This document shows positions 25,800 through 38,608 of a stretch of 64,000 bases of DNA, one piece after another; position 1 is the first letter of the stretch; each line of letters starts with the position of its first letter. Both the position numbers and the translations under genes were made by a program. The notes below the pieces were generated by a model. It searched no databases. It was not told the origin of the DNA and saw nothing but the letters and a program-made list of their open reading frames with translations. The stretch comes from Podarcis filfolensis (taxonomy: Eukaryota): the NCBI GenBank assembly GCA_964270895.1, contig OZ185435.1; one strand, given 5' to 3'.

Positions 25800-26760
25800 A
25801 AATGGTTAATTGTTACAAGAGAGCCTTTTGCATTAATGCAAACAGGTCAACTTTTAAAAATGACACTGTCATTTAAATGCAGTGTGAAGGTTTCTGCGCA
25901 AATCACTTGAAGGTACATTTCTCTTTCTTTTTTTCTTTTTTTAAGAGCAGGCTAATGCAGTATTATGTTTTATGGTGCAATAAAATTATGTGCTAAAATT
26001 ATGCTCATAAATGTAGGCAAATGTAAACCAAGCTATTAGTTATGTTTTCTCAGATAAAAGTGATTAGCATAGCTATCAAACTCTTCTCCCATTTGAATAA
26101 CAGAATTATGTCTGAAATCTAACGCTTGTTTGCCAAGGCTGATTCTTTAAAAGAACAAATGTAAATCGGGCCATCAATTCTGAATTTGAAAAAATAAATG
26201 CAATGGCCTATCCCCCTTTCTGATAGTATTCCAGTTATTGCTGCTGAAGGAGAAGGGGGATGTGACCAAAATAGTGTCAATAAGAAACATAGTTTGAACA
26301 ATATTTCAGGCATTATTCCTTACACAGTTCATTGCATAAAATCCTTCCTTATCAGACACTTTCTAAAGCGCCTGGAGATGAAAGGTGTGATATGGCACCT
26401 TTTGCGAGGAAGAGCTTTTCATGTAACTCCCATTCATTTGGGTGGGGCCTAGGGCGGGAGGCTGCCCTGGTGGATTGGGCCCATACTGGCTTATTGTGGC
26501 ATGAGCTTCCATGGGCAGCAGGCTGTCTTGTCAGATCCCTCAATGCTTTTTTTTTAAAATATAGGGATCGTTGAGCTGCGGTCACATGCAAGGACACCCT
26601 ATGAATAATTTATGAAGGAGACGGTCATCCTGCTGGCAAATTAATTTGCATTTGACAGCAATTGCTATGGCGGTGTCCTGTCAGGAAGGCCCAAGGTATA
26701 TAATTTAAACCTGAACAGAACAAATTAATGCTGATTACTTTATAAACAATTCCAAAGCTG
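25800..26760. promoter_or_regulatory. Putative conserved enhancer or alternative-promoter block
   Basis: Repeat-free. Palindromes TTTGCATTAATGCAAA (25827-25842) and AAATGACA-C-TGTCATTT (25858-25874). GC box 26452, inverted CCAAT 26474, octamer ATTTGCAT 26644, TGACAG 26653 and CTGTCA 26678. Conservation is inferred, not tested. Confidence 0.45.
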
Positions 26761-27649
26761 GACTCGTGTTGCCTGTCTTAGAAGATCAAAACAGATATTT
26801 CTGGGATATATATATCTCTTTTCCCCATCCAGTCTAATAGCTATCATAATAAGCAGAGTTCATAGTTACAGCTTCTTCTTTACTGACGTGATACGGTGAA
26901 GCACAATAACATCTGTAGGTAGCGAAAGCCCCACTCTTCCTGTTTACGTGTGGTTTTCTTAATTTAATAAGTTTTGCTCAAGAAATTTGCCAGACAGGAC
27001 ATAATTACAATCAGAGAGACAAACCACACCTGAACATGAACCCAGCAACTTGTTCAGAGGGTGGTAAATTCACACACACCCCAACACACAACTGAACTGG
27101 AACAGAACCTGAAGCTAAAATCTCTCAGGTACATTTAATCCAAACCAGAATTGGACAAGTAAATTGGTAACTAGTAATGTACAGGATTTTTCTCTTAAAA
27201 ACAAACAAACACTGCAAACAAATTCTCCAAATTCCCTCTGTTTTTGTGAGTGCTCCTGTCCTGGCCCCCAAGCCCCGTGTAATGCTTTCTTCCTTCCTAT
27301 TTCTTGTGTGAACTGCAGAAATTCTTGGAGGAAAATGATGTAAAGACAGAAGAGAGCATGCCCTTCCTTTCCCTCACATTACCTATCACACTTCCTGGAA
27401 ATTGAAGGAGAAGGAAGGTTGACTTCCTTCACTTCCTGTTGTGCTTTTGCAAAAGCTGGTGGCAGCAGTGAGATGCTGAGGGTATTTTCTGCAAAAAGCC
27501 TAGGGTACATAGTTAAGAAAACACACTTCATGTGGAGAACTTTGGGGAGAAAGGAAGGGCAGTCTATCTCACGCTGCAGGACTTCTCCAGGAACAGCAAC
27601 AATGAAGTCCAGCTTGTCCCTTCTGCATAAACCCTGCAGAAGGGCAGTA

Positions 27650-27872
27650 CAGTGGTACCTCGGGTTAAGTACTTAATTCATTCCGGAGGTCCGTACTTAA
27701 TCTGAAACTGTTCTTAACCTGAAGCACCACTTTAGCTAATGGGGCCTCCTGCTGCTGCCACGCCGGAGCACGATTTCTGTTCCCATCCTGAAGCAAAGTT
27801 CTTAACCTAAAGCACTATTTCTGGGTTAGCGGATTCTGTAACCTGAAGTGTATGTAACCTGAGGTACCACTG
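27650..27872. mobile_element. Tigger-like MITE, copy 2
   Basis: Same TIRs as copy 1, TA flanks. Confidence 0.92.
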
Positions 27873-28299
27873 TAGAAACAGTGGAGGCTGGTCCATTAGG
27901 GTGAAAGAGTTCTGCTCCATCAACCTCAGTCTGCCTGCCCTTCTTACCAGATTTCTCCTCATTCTTGGTCCTCTTTTTGTACAGCTCCTCAGGATGGAAG
28001 GTGGAGATAATACTAGAATCAGTTGGCTTTGCATGTTATTTGCTCTGGCTCCACCTACAGTTGGTCTTCCTGTCTTCTGTCCTACCACCAATCACTACTA
28101 GGAAACATCACACTTTCCCGTTAAGTTCTCCCTATTATCTAAGTCAATATAAAGTCTGTAGATTCCCAGAGAGTCCAGCACAGTCACCTCTGACTTTTTA
28201 AAAATGCAATTTTAAAAAATGAATGAGGTAAGTTTTTTTAAAAAAGAATTTTAAAGAGACAGAGCATTGCCACCATAAATGCACTAGGGCCCCCTGACA

Positions 28300-28600
28300 G
28301 AAGACAGCACCCCCCAGATGATACTTTGCTCAGGACTCAGGCCAATGGACAGCATCCTGTTCTCACAGTGGCCAACTGGGCGCCTGTGGGAAACCTGTAA
28401 ACAGGATCTGACCACCAGAACGCTTTCCCATCTTGAGGTCTCCAATCACTGGTATTCAGAAGCATACTTCCTCGACCATCAAGGCAGATGGTCAAGAGCA
28501 TGGTAGCCATGGCTAGTAGCCATTGATAGACTTTTCCGCCATGAATTTTTCTAATCTTCTTTTAAGGCCATTCAGGTTGGTGGGAGTGAGCTCTGTGTGA
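28300..28600 (-). mobile_element. CR1 3' UTR fragment (long-UTR subfamily)
   Basis: cagcatcctgttctcacagtggccaac...ggtattcagaagc...atggctagtagccattgatag. Confidence 0.75.
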
Positions 28601-31600
28601 GAAGCTAAAAAATGTTGCAAATAACAAATGTATTATTGAGTTTTCATACGACAGACCTCCGTCATGATTAACCTTCTAGCTCAAGCTGTACCACTTTCTC
28701 CCTCTGCTGCTGGCCCACACCCCTTGTTCCTTCCAGCTCAGCTCTTAAAGGAGCTTGGCTGTCACAGTTGGCTTTGCCAACCAGAACACAAGCAAAGTCA
28801 GGAGATGAGATTACAGTGTGTGAGGGATGTTGGGCACCTTCCATTTAATTGATGGAGATTCGGAAGACCCAATTAGTATACAATTGCAAATAATGGCATA
28901 GTGGGATGAACTTTTCCCAGTTCTCTGGCAATAATGTTGGTGGAAGTTCTTTCGTTTTTTCCTTTTTTCCCCACCAATGACCCTAAGGTCTAATCCAGGG
29001 TGCTTGTCTTTTTGTATGCACAAGACCCTGGCATTTGTGTTTTCGATAGCAAGCTAATGAATGGCATGAGTAATGGTGTTTGCTTTTCCAAGTATATATA
29101 GTACTTAGATGTGAAATGTCTCTTCTAAACTGCACTCTGCTGTCAGAGACATCTGAAAAACTTCTGAAGCCCTGAATTCCTCTGATGATTAACAATCATA
29201 CAACAGTCTAAATGTCTGGAAAGAGAACCGACTTGTTCTCCCCACACTTTTCTCTCTAATAAAATGGCAGCTAATAGATGGAAAGTCTGAGAACATGCGA
29301 CTCTTGCCAATATGAGGTTGGGCTCCTGCTGATGGTTAACTTGCTAAACACCATCACAGCAAGTGCCAGGACTATTTCCTCCCTTTTACTGCATAATAAA
29401 ACAGCATCAATTTTTTCTTCCATGAAACACCTTTAAAATACTTAGAATGTTTGTGATCAGTAGATTGCCTTAGAAGCACATGAGGGCTTTTCAAGCTTGG
29501 AGACCATACTGCCAAAACCTGGTTAAAAATAGATCTCTATGGTAATACTACCCTCCATATATGATTTTTAAGTACTTTGGAGAACACTATACTAAGTGTA
29601 GGGTCAATACTTTTGGCACTTGCTAAACTAGACTGGTAATTGATTGACTCAACTTCAGCATGTTACCGTACTTTTGAGTAACCTCACTTGCAGTTCAAAG
29701 TGGATTCCACACGATGCCCTCCCTTGCAAAAGGCAGGCTGCTGTCCTAACATCTCTCTTTTTCTAAAAAAGTAAAAATCAGTTGGATTCCCAGTTAAAGG
29801 ATTCTGAGCAATGAAGCCCCACAATAAACACTTGCATATATGGGAGTTACTTAATGGACTTGCCAGTTAAGGAGCCAGCTCAGTAATGGATTGTTGTAAA
29901 GATAACTGTTCCCTTGCCCAGTCCCAAATGAAGCCCTTGAGTTCTAAAATTGCTGCAGAAGAAACGCAGTTGCCTACTGGCACAGGTTTGTCAGACTAAT
30001 GCTACAGTTAGATCCTTAGCAAATTGAAATCATCTGGATGCATTGGCAGAAGTCAAAAAGCTGACTTTATAACTTTCTTTCAACAGAGCAACCAGGCCAC
30101 AACAGTGGGCTATGTGGGTGGCCTCGCCCAGCACCACATATGACACTGCTGGAAATGGAGGGCTCATGAAATCACCTCATGATGATCTTGACTGTGCTCA
30201 TTCCAACTATGGCTTCATTGTGAAACAAGACAGGCAGTGGCCTGTAAGAGATGTGGGTGGAGAGACGACTGACAGACTGGTTTCTTCTTCTTCTTCTTCA
30301 ACCGTCTTTGCAAGCAGAGTTGACAATCCAGTGAGATCATTTTTATTTTTAAATGGGATGGCCTTCAAGCAACCATATCAATAACTTAAGAAGGAAGGCT
30401 GCACCCCAAATATCTGGGAGTAAGCCCCAGTGAATTCAGTAGGTCTTCATTCTGAGTAAGCATGGTTGTGCTGCAAATGTTTAACCTATATTTAGAAATA
30501 GATATACAATGAGTAAAAGCCTATCTCGACCAGGCACACCATCTTTTTACATTTTGTAAAAAAGCCTTTCACCTGAGATAAGCAACTGGAAAGAAGAAGA
30601 TGCCAAGCTATGACCTTCTGAAATACTTAACCTAATAAATCCACTGCTGCCGTTCAGTTCTAGCCACAGCACCATGTGCCAAGGATACTACACAAAAAAG
30701 GCAATTTGCTCCTTTGCATGTTAGAACACAAGTCCCCCCCCCCCCGCTAAAGAGCACTTGTATCTCTGAAGGTTATAAGAAAAGAGTTTTTAAAAAACCA
30801 ATAAACAAAAACCACAGCCATTGCTTTTTAAAAATACAGAGATTTTAATTTAATTTAATTTAATTTTAAATTGATCCAAGAGCAAGCTTTTGAACAATGC
30901 TGTGAATTTTGCTACTACTCACGATCTGAAATGATGCCATCAACAGAAATATTTTGTGGGGAGCCATTGCACACAATTATGTGCTTCAGCTACATGGCAA
31001 ACTTGCGTTGCAATGTAGTATATGCCATTTATTAGACATTATAGCAAAGTCATGAGATGAGAGGTACTAGCTGGGCAAAGTCTTGATGACTCATCATGCA
31101 TTCAGTGCCACAGATTGCTGTGCATGGGTGTTACACCGCATAAAACATGAGGGCTGTACTGTGAAGTTCTGTACCCAGTTTCATAACCCCGATAGACATA
31201 AAAATCATGGAGGGATTAGAAAAGAAAAGGAAAGAAATTGCACTTCTCTTTAAATTTTGTGCACCTCCACAGGGAGGCCACATTGAGACTTCTGGATATA
31301 AGTGAAAAATATGTGTTGCATTTACACTGTATTGTCTGCTGTATTAAGAACAGCGGAAAAAAGGAAATCAATCCTAAATCAGTCATAATGGCTTCTTATA
31401 GCTATTAGCATTCATGCAGTTTGGAGCCAGCTTTTTCAATCAGCTGCATTGTTTTACCTTGGCTAACCGCAATCTTGCCATTTGCCTGCCCTGTATCTCA
31501 TGGCAATATAGCGACACTCATCTCACACATTTTTTTTATTTGTACTGCCGCTAGCAACATGAAATCATGAAAAAAGAAAAAGAAAAGAACTCTGAGTGCC

Positions 31601-32933
31601 AGCAAAAAACACAGCAGTTTACACATGGCCCCAAGTGTACATTGGCTGAGAGGGAAAGCTGGCTAAAAATGAAGTTGTCAGCCCTAGTAGGAGAACAAAA
31701 TCTAATTTGCCTCGGGAGAGGAATGATTCCTCCTTCTTCAGTAGCAGCCTAAATTCCTGATCAGAGTGCAGCCAAGACATACCCCCAGAAATCTAAAGCG
31801 TTTGAGCCTTCCTAATTTTATTTGGATGTTTCAACGGGACTTCATTTCTTTTCTCTGAAAAAAGCTTGCACAAACAAGAAGTGCATATGTTCAGCTGAAC
31901 AATGTTCTTTGGCTCCCTTGCCATATTTGTTTACCCTTTTTAGGCCTTTCTGTGATGCTTTAACTCTCACAAGCCCCACAAAAATGAAACTTCCCTCAAG
32001 GTTTCCTGCCATATTTTAGCGTGTTTTTAGTTTTAGGTACTGTCCTCCTTCCAGTGTTTTTACAGAGCCATTATTTCTAGCAAGTCAGCTGCAACACACA
32101 GTGGGGTCTACAACATCTTCCCTTGTAGGACATAACCTATAATACCTTCCATCAGCTGGGAATTTAGCAATAATTCCATACAGTCTGTCTACAAATTGCT
32201 CTTGTGGCTGTAGCAGGGAACCTGGCTACCTATGGCTGATCTGAGCACAAGCACACATGGGTAGACCCGAATTAATACAACCTGGCCTTTCTGAAGGCCC
32301 CTTAAGCAAGGAAATCTGTATTTCTCAGTTCCCCATATATCAAAGAATGCAAACATGCCCAGGAAGCTGATGACTCCCGTGGACTCTTTGAGGAAGGTGA
32401 AATCCCCCCATCCCCCCGCTTGACCCACACCTTGAATTCTTTAATCAGCAATAGCAAGTGCTTAATTTCTCAAATGAAAGGTGACAGGGCTCAGATTTGC
32501 CTGGCAGCCATGGATTTTGACCCGGAAGGCATTTTGCCTCATACCAGATGTGGGGCGACTAAGTGGTTATCCAGTGAGGGAAAGCTCTATGCCATTTTGC
32601 GTCTACAAATAAGTTCCAAGGCTTTACTTTTTTGATCCCTGGCCAAAGCACTTCAGAGTCTGCCCATTTTGGCTGAATCTAGAGCTAAGTCCCTTCAAAA
32701 TGATAGCACACAACAGGCCAAGGAGACCTTGAGAGAAATACCTCTATACAGTGAATGATCAACACCTGGGCAAAGCTTCCAGAGACAGCAAAGGAGGCAT
32801 AACCATTGGCACTTTAACAAACATTACGTAAGTTTGTGAAGGAAAAGGCTTTAGGCAATGCAACTGCAACTGCAAGAAGTATTCATGCCTAGAACACAAT
32901 ATACATTTGAATGTGACTACGGCTGTGTTACTA

Positions 32934-33062
32934 NNNNNNNNNNNNNNNNNNNNNNNNNNNNNNNNNNNNNNNNNNNNNNNNNNNNNNNNNNNNNNNNNNN
33001 NNNNNNNNNNNNNNNNNNNNNNNNNNNNNNNNNNNNNNNNNNNNNNNNNNNNNNNNNNNNNN
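32934..33062. other. Assembly gap (129 N)
   Basis: Run of N characters. Confidence 0.99.
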
Positions 33063-34503
33063 GCAGACTGAGATATACATTTATTTGTAGGTAGTTTTTT
33101 TTAAAAAAAACAAAACCCCACATATTCTTAAAGACCAGAGTAGTTATTTTTGTCCTCTTTGTAAATGCATATTTTGGCACCTATACTATACGCTTTATAA
33201 AACGAAATACTTGACAATATGTACATTAATATATTCCTTGCTGGATGTTTTCCCCACTAAAGGCATTGCTGAATTTAAAGGAGGTTTTGCGTAATTCAGC
33301 ACAATTTTCTCTTCTGAGTATGTGTGCATTCAGCATCCTGACCACAATAATTTCTTCATGTCCACATTTCTTTGCACTGATTGTTTCACTTTGTAAAAAT
33401 ATATTGTGTCCATTTTTTCAGCATATACATATTTGTGATGGTGCCCAAACTCTTCTGGTGTTGTATCCTTATGTGGGCAAGTAGGGCACTTGTTTAGTAA
33501 TGGCATTCAGAACTTGCTTCAGGCAGCATGTAGATGTTGGAAGTCTCTATTGCAATCAAAATACCTATAGAAAAACATGCACAAAACCAAATACATTTTC
33601 CTCTGTCCTACTTGGAGTGGGAAAAGGCTTACCTTGGAGAATAGGAGAACCAAAACCAAGGATATCTGGATTTTGCTGATTCTAGTTAATTCCATCAGCT
33701 ACACAAATGTGCCAGTAAGGAGGACATTTAGGCTATTCATATACTGTAAAACTAATTAGCAGAATGATGATCATTCAGAAACCTCACTATTCAGCCTATG
33801 AAACTCTTAGTATTATTTGGGACCACTGTACATCTTTATCCATATATATTCAATAATCCAAAAGCTTTATTCCCCTTCCTCCTACCTCACATTTAGGAAA
33901 ACATAGATTGTATTAAAGTAGTTGTCTTTTCATTATCCTCTTATGATAAAATCAATAGCACCCCTCATTCAACATGCGAAGGCACTGATCCCACAAAGTT
34001 GGGCCTGCCAGTCTCCTCAGTGCAATGCCACTTTCTGGCTCAGTTCTCCAGAAGCATCAATATGGTGGAAGGAGTAGTGGACCACAAACATATTGACACA
34101 ATCACCTACTTTGGACTTGAGTTTTGGCACAGGGGAGTGCCTTGCTGGTTCAACTGTATTAGCTGGTTTCTGCTGCACTGGGGTTTATGTCGTTTGCTCC
34201 CCTGCAATAGCAGGGTACAGCACCAACATACACTGATTTCTATCTGTAACTGCAGTGGCCCAGTAGCTCATAGTACCTGCTTAAGGATTTAGATGAAAAT
34301 ATAATAGAAGGCACACTCCTGCTGTTTTCACGTGTTGCTTTAAGCTTCAGTGTGGAATAAAAACCCGTCTGCTGAATTGCATGACCTCATGGGCTATATT
34401 TCATGGTTCTAATTGAAATGTGGTTAAAATAATTTTGTATTTAAGCAATCCCAAACCTTCAAAAAAAGGGGCAACAATTAACATCGGCTTGAAATAGGGC
34501 TTA

Positions 34504-34504
<1 letters not shown>

Positions 34505-34536
<32 letters not shown>
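34505..34536. repeat. (TG)n(TA)n microsatellite
   Basis: Read directly from the sequence. Confidence 0.9.
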
Positions 34537-35265
34537 GTTTTTCTTTGGCTGTTTTCCTCAAATACATACACAAAACATTCATCATTAATTAATACTAACA
34601 CCGTAACTTATATAAAACAATTAGAGCATTTAGAATTCTTAAAGGAGCTATTATTGCTGCCTTGGCCCTTTTAAAAAATATACTCCCCAAAGGACAAAAA
34701 GTGATCCATTAATATGTATGTATTATTTCTTTTCTCTTTTTTTGTAAGTGTAAGAGTGCTGATGCCTGTGAATATGGAAGCATTTATGGGTTATAGACGA
34801 TCTGTTAGTTGACTTGCAGTTCTAAGTGCAGTATTTTCTAAAGCCTAAGAAGCAATATTAATTGCCTCTCTGCATACAGTATGGCGAGTGCAATATATAT
34901 ATGTATGTACATTTTCCTTGTCTGGAGATTTCGCATTTCTTGCAATCCTTCACCGGTAACATTTTCAGTTGTTAGGGAATTTAATATAATTGGCAAACTT
35001 GGGGCGGGGGAGGGACACCCTGCTTGGCTGTTTATTGCACAAATTAATAAAACAAGTTGCTTCCCATCCATTGAGCCTTTAAGGAGATTTCCCAACCCCC
35101 TACCCTTGCTTAAACAACAACACAGCAATTCTGGCTGGGGTGATAAATTCCACGCAAAGCAGTAGAGCTCTTGGTTGCATTAAGTAAATGGAACAAAGGG
35201 TATAAACTACCCAGCGCTGCTGTTTCCATACTGTCTATTCATTGCAATGGATCTTGTGAAGGTCT

Positions 35266-35366
35266 AAATCATACTCAGAGTAGACTCCCTGAAACCATTG
35301 GACACTATTAATTGGAAGTCCGTCCGTTTTAATAAGTCTACTCCCTGAGTATGACGGAATCAGATA
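35266..35366. mobile_element. Degenerate palindromic MITE (family of 61839-61957)
   Basis: Inverted arms tcatactcagagtagac / gtctactccctgagtatga. Confidence 0.55.
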
Positions 35367-35829
35367 CAATCCGTCGCTTATGGAACATGGCTCGTAGGAA
35401 CAACTGAGCTCACTCCACAATGCGACTAAAGGAAATGTCTTGCTTTTTGTGTGTGTTTCAGCTTATACTGCTTATTCCGAAAGATCTTCCATCCATCCTT
35501 CTGATTTAATGAGGCTGATATAAAAAGACTTGGTGCGCAGGTCTGGAACCACAAGGAAATGACTGGCTCCTTTAGAAATGTATTAAGTGTAGTCAGTTTG
35601 CTTTCTATAAATGAAATAAAAGAAGTACTTAAAAAATTTCCATTCTTCTCCATGATCAGTCTATTGTCACATGCATTTGGCATTCATTATATGTTAGCCC
35701 CAGGCGCCTCGAGTCTTGTACTCAGGCCAGCAGTAATTTGGTTTATAGAGATCATATGGCAAGGAAACAGACCTTGAAAGACAGAACTCTAAGAAGCATA
35801 TTTGATGAATTTCCTATGATTTGAGCCTG

Positions 35830-36360
35830 AGTTTATTCTTTCCTGTTGTGGAGCAGACACTCCGCAGCACACGCGCTGAGGCCCGATGCGCCTGAGTGAG
35901 GGCCAATTAAATGACAATGTGTGCACTGTTTTTTCGCACATCTCGGGTTGCATATCCTATCAGGGAAAAGCAGGACGGTGGGGTTGGGGAGAAAAGAAGC
36001 CTTGTAAAGGATCCAAATACAGGCAGGAAACCACACAGAGTGAAGGTTGCCTTTGTCATTAACAATTAATGTAACCACGAAAGCTGGAAAAATACACTGC
36101 TTGTATGAATGGCAAGCAGTACAGCTGCAGCAGTTTGTCTCCTCTCTTCCTTTGCACTACAGCTCTGGCAGAGGTGGTTCTCTGGCCCCTGCTAATAAGT
36201 ATTCCAGAAGCCCCTGATCATTTTAACACAGATTTAAGAGTGATGAGTCAAAGCCCAGTCCCGTTATAAACTTTCTTTCTAGTTTTCGGAAAACATAAAG
36301 CCTTTTATTACACGTGGCGTTTTGTGAGTCACTTGTAAGTTTCTAGCTCTCATGAGCCAC
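35830..36360. promoter_or_regulatory. Putative enhancer-like block
   Basis: 8 CpGs in about 117 bp (35862-35978), caattaaatgacaat, AP-1 sites TGAGTCA at 36244 and 36325, and E-box CACGTG at 36311. Confidence 0.3.
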
Positions 36361-37491
36361 AATCCAAAGAATTGTAGAAGTAATAATACTGCATGCCCAG
36401 TGAGGCTTTTGACTTCTGAAAATGCTAGTTTTCCTCCCACACTTCCTGGCGAATCCTTTCTGAAACATGCGGCATTTGAATCTAGCTAAGTTCTCCTCAG
36501 AGAAACCTGCTTAAATCAGTAAGCTCAAGTTGTTGCTGCTGTTATTATTCAAGTATGACTAAACTGCACTTTCATAATGAATATAACAAGGCAACGTACA
36601 ACATAAAAGTTAATAATGTTCATTAATTTCCGCGTGCCTACTCAGAGTATGACTCAACACCCAATATGGCCTGTTGGTGTTTTGTAAGCATTTTGAGTCA
36701 GATACAGAATATGGAAGACTGGCAGCGGGAGGCTGCTATTCAAAGGAAAATGTGGATGTTCTCCTAGGTATGGACAATCCCTTAAGGACTTTTATTTGTT
36801 TCAGTTTATGTCATCTAATGTGAAATAATCTCTACGCCAAAGACATAGTAAAGCAGACAAAATCAAACCCTGCAACTCAGCTAACCCATATATTTATAAA
36901 AACAATCACGCAATAGATAATTCTAGCCCTAAAATCCAACATAGACAGACACAACTGAAAACCTCAGCAAACAATTCAGCCAAAATCAGTCTGGCCACAG
37001 AAGCTAAAACCTGGCCAAATTGCCGGCGTTCAGCATAGATTAGAATTAAGTAATATCAATAATATTAAAGGATATTTAAAAATGCTAAATGACCTGGAAG
37101 AACAAAAAATATTTGTTGCAGCTGAGAATACATTAAAGGAGGTGCTAGGCAAGCCTGTCTAGGGAGAGCATTTTACAGACAAGAGGGCACATGTTTCAAA
37201 TAACTACCTGGACAATAAATCCCTCTATAAAAAGCGGGATGCCAACACTCAGATCTGTCTGTAAAACACCCTCATTACCAGGTGTGTGGCAGCAGGTTGT
37301 GTCTACTCAGAGGTGAAGAGAGCACTCTGTGCATGATCAGAAGCACTCACCATTATTCTTTCTTCAAATATTTCAATGTCCTGGCATAAAAAAGTTCCAT
37401 AATTAAACCTTGGCTCAAATCCAACCTTAATGATAATGACATCCTTTGAAAATGTTTTCAAAACAATGTTTACAAGGTATATGTCCATCTA

Positions 37492-37617
37492 CAGTGGTAC
37501 CTCGGGTTATATACGCTTCAGGTTATAGACACTTCAGTGGTGCTTCAGGTTAAGAACAGTTTCAGGTTAAGAACGGACCTCCAGAAAGAATTAAGTACTT
37601 AACCCGAGGTACCACTG
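37492..37617. mobile_element. Tigger-like MITE, copy 3 (internally deleted, opposite orientation to copy 1)
   Basis: Intact TIRs and TA flanks; only 126 bp long. Confidence 0.9.
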
Positions 37618-38167
37618 TATATGCTCATTGTGCTGTCCCACTCTTGCCTTATTCATTCTTAAAACAAGCTGGTGATGGCTGAGAGATGGTGACTTGCCAA
37701 AAGCCCTCCAATGAGTCTTTTAGCTTAGCTGCATTTGAGGTTAGTTTCCCCTATCCGAGTCCAATTTTCTATTTGCTGGACCACAGTGGATCTCTTAAAC
37801 CAACTGAAGAATCAAAGGCATTGTGTGAAATTCTGTATGCTTGGACATCTGAGGGTCGGTTGTATTTATACTGGGCTGGCTCCAGAGTTGCCATTCTGCA
37901 CACCGCAGGTCTTATTCTATTCATAAATGGGACTTAGAGCCAGCAGTGGCAGGCTGTTTTTGCCAGTTCCACCTTCAGCTGCTAGTATCACCTCCCATGG
38001 TATTCTGGACAGACCCCCAACCTTCTGCAGTAGCTTTTTATGGGATACATTGAGAAGGAAGAATCTGTTAAAATCACCCTCCATTGGCATAGCATGTGGA
38101 CAGAACTCTGCCGTGTGCAAATTGGGCCAAGTAGTCATTACCTACTGATAATGCCGAGACCATATAA

Positions 38168-38565
38168 CACCAGTCCGTTTCCAAGCACAATCAAAGTGTT
38201 GGTGCTGACCTTTAAAGCCATAAATAGCCTCGGTCTAGTATACCTGAAGAAACATCTCCATACCCATCAGTCAGCCCGGACACTGAGGTCCAGCGCCAAG
38301 GGCCTTCTGGCAGTTCCCTCCCTGCAAGAAGTGAGGTTACAGGGAACGAGGCAGAGGGCCTTCTTGGCAATGGCGCCCGCCCTGTGGAACACCCTCCCAT
38401 CAGATGTCAAGGAAATAAACAACAATATGACTTTTAGAAGATATCTGAAGGCAGCCCTGTTTAGGGAAGTTTTTAATGTTTGATGTTTTATCACGTTTTT
38501 AATATTCTGTTGGGAGCTGCCCAGAGTGGCTGAGGAAACCCAGCCAGATGGGTGGGGTATAAATA

Positions 38566-38608
<43 letters not shown>
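38168..38608 (+). mobile_element. L2 LINE 3' fragment with (ATT)n tail
   Basis: Encodes KVLVLTFKA...LRS...RAF...APALWNTLP...FRRYLKAALF, followed by a 3' UTR and (ATT)n. Confidence 0.9.

Noticed and set aside
27324-27420. Acceptor followed by KFLEENDVKTEESMPF...stop
   Set aside because: Protein-like by eye, but with no good donor, no recognised homologue and no other support.
27618-27644. 10-bp perfect inverted repeat beside MITE copy 2
   Set aside because: Too short to distinguish from chance, and rho-independent terminators do not apply to this genome.
32858-33180. ORFs spanning X residues
   Set aside because: Artefacts of the 129-N assembly gap.
36501-36518. Second 18-nt microexon-like segment (ctcag|AGAAACCTGCTTAAATCA|gtaagc)
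   Set aside because: Short pyrimidine tract with nearby upstream AGs and a non-consensus exon end.
38040-38483. 147-aa ORF read as a host gene
   Set aside because: Its last ~105 aa are the L2 ORF2 C-terminus, and the N-terminal part is flanking sequence that happens to be in frame.
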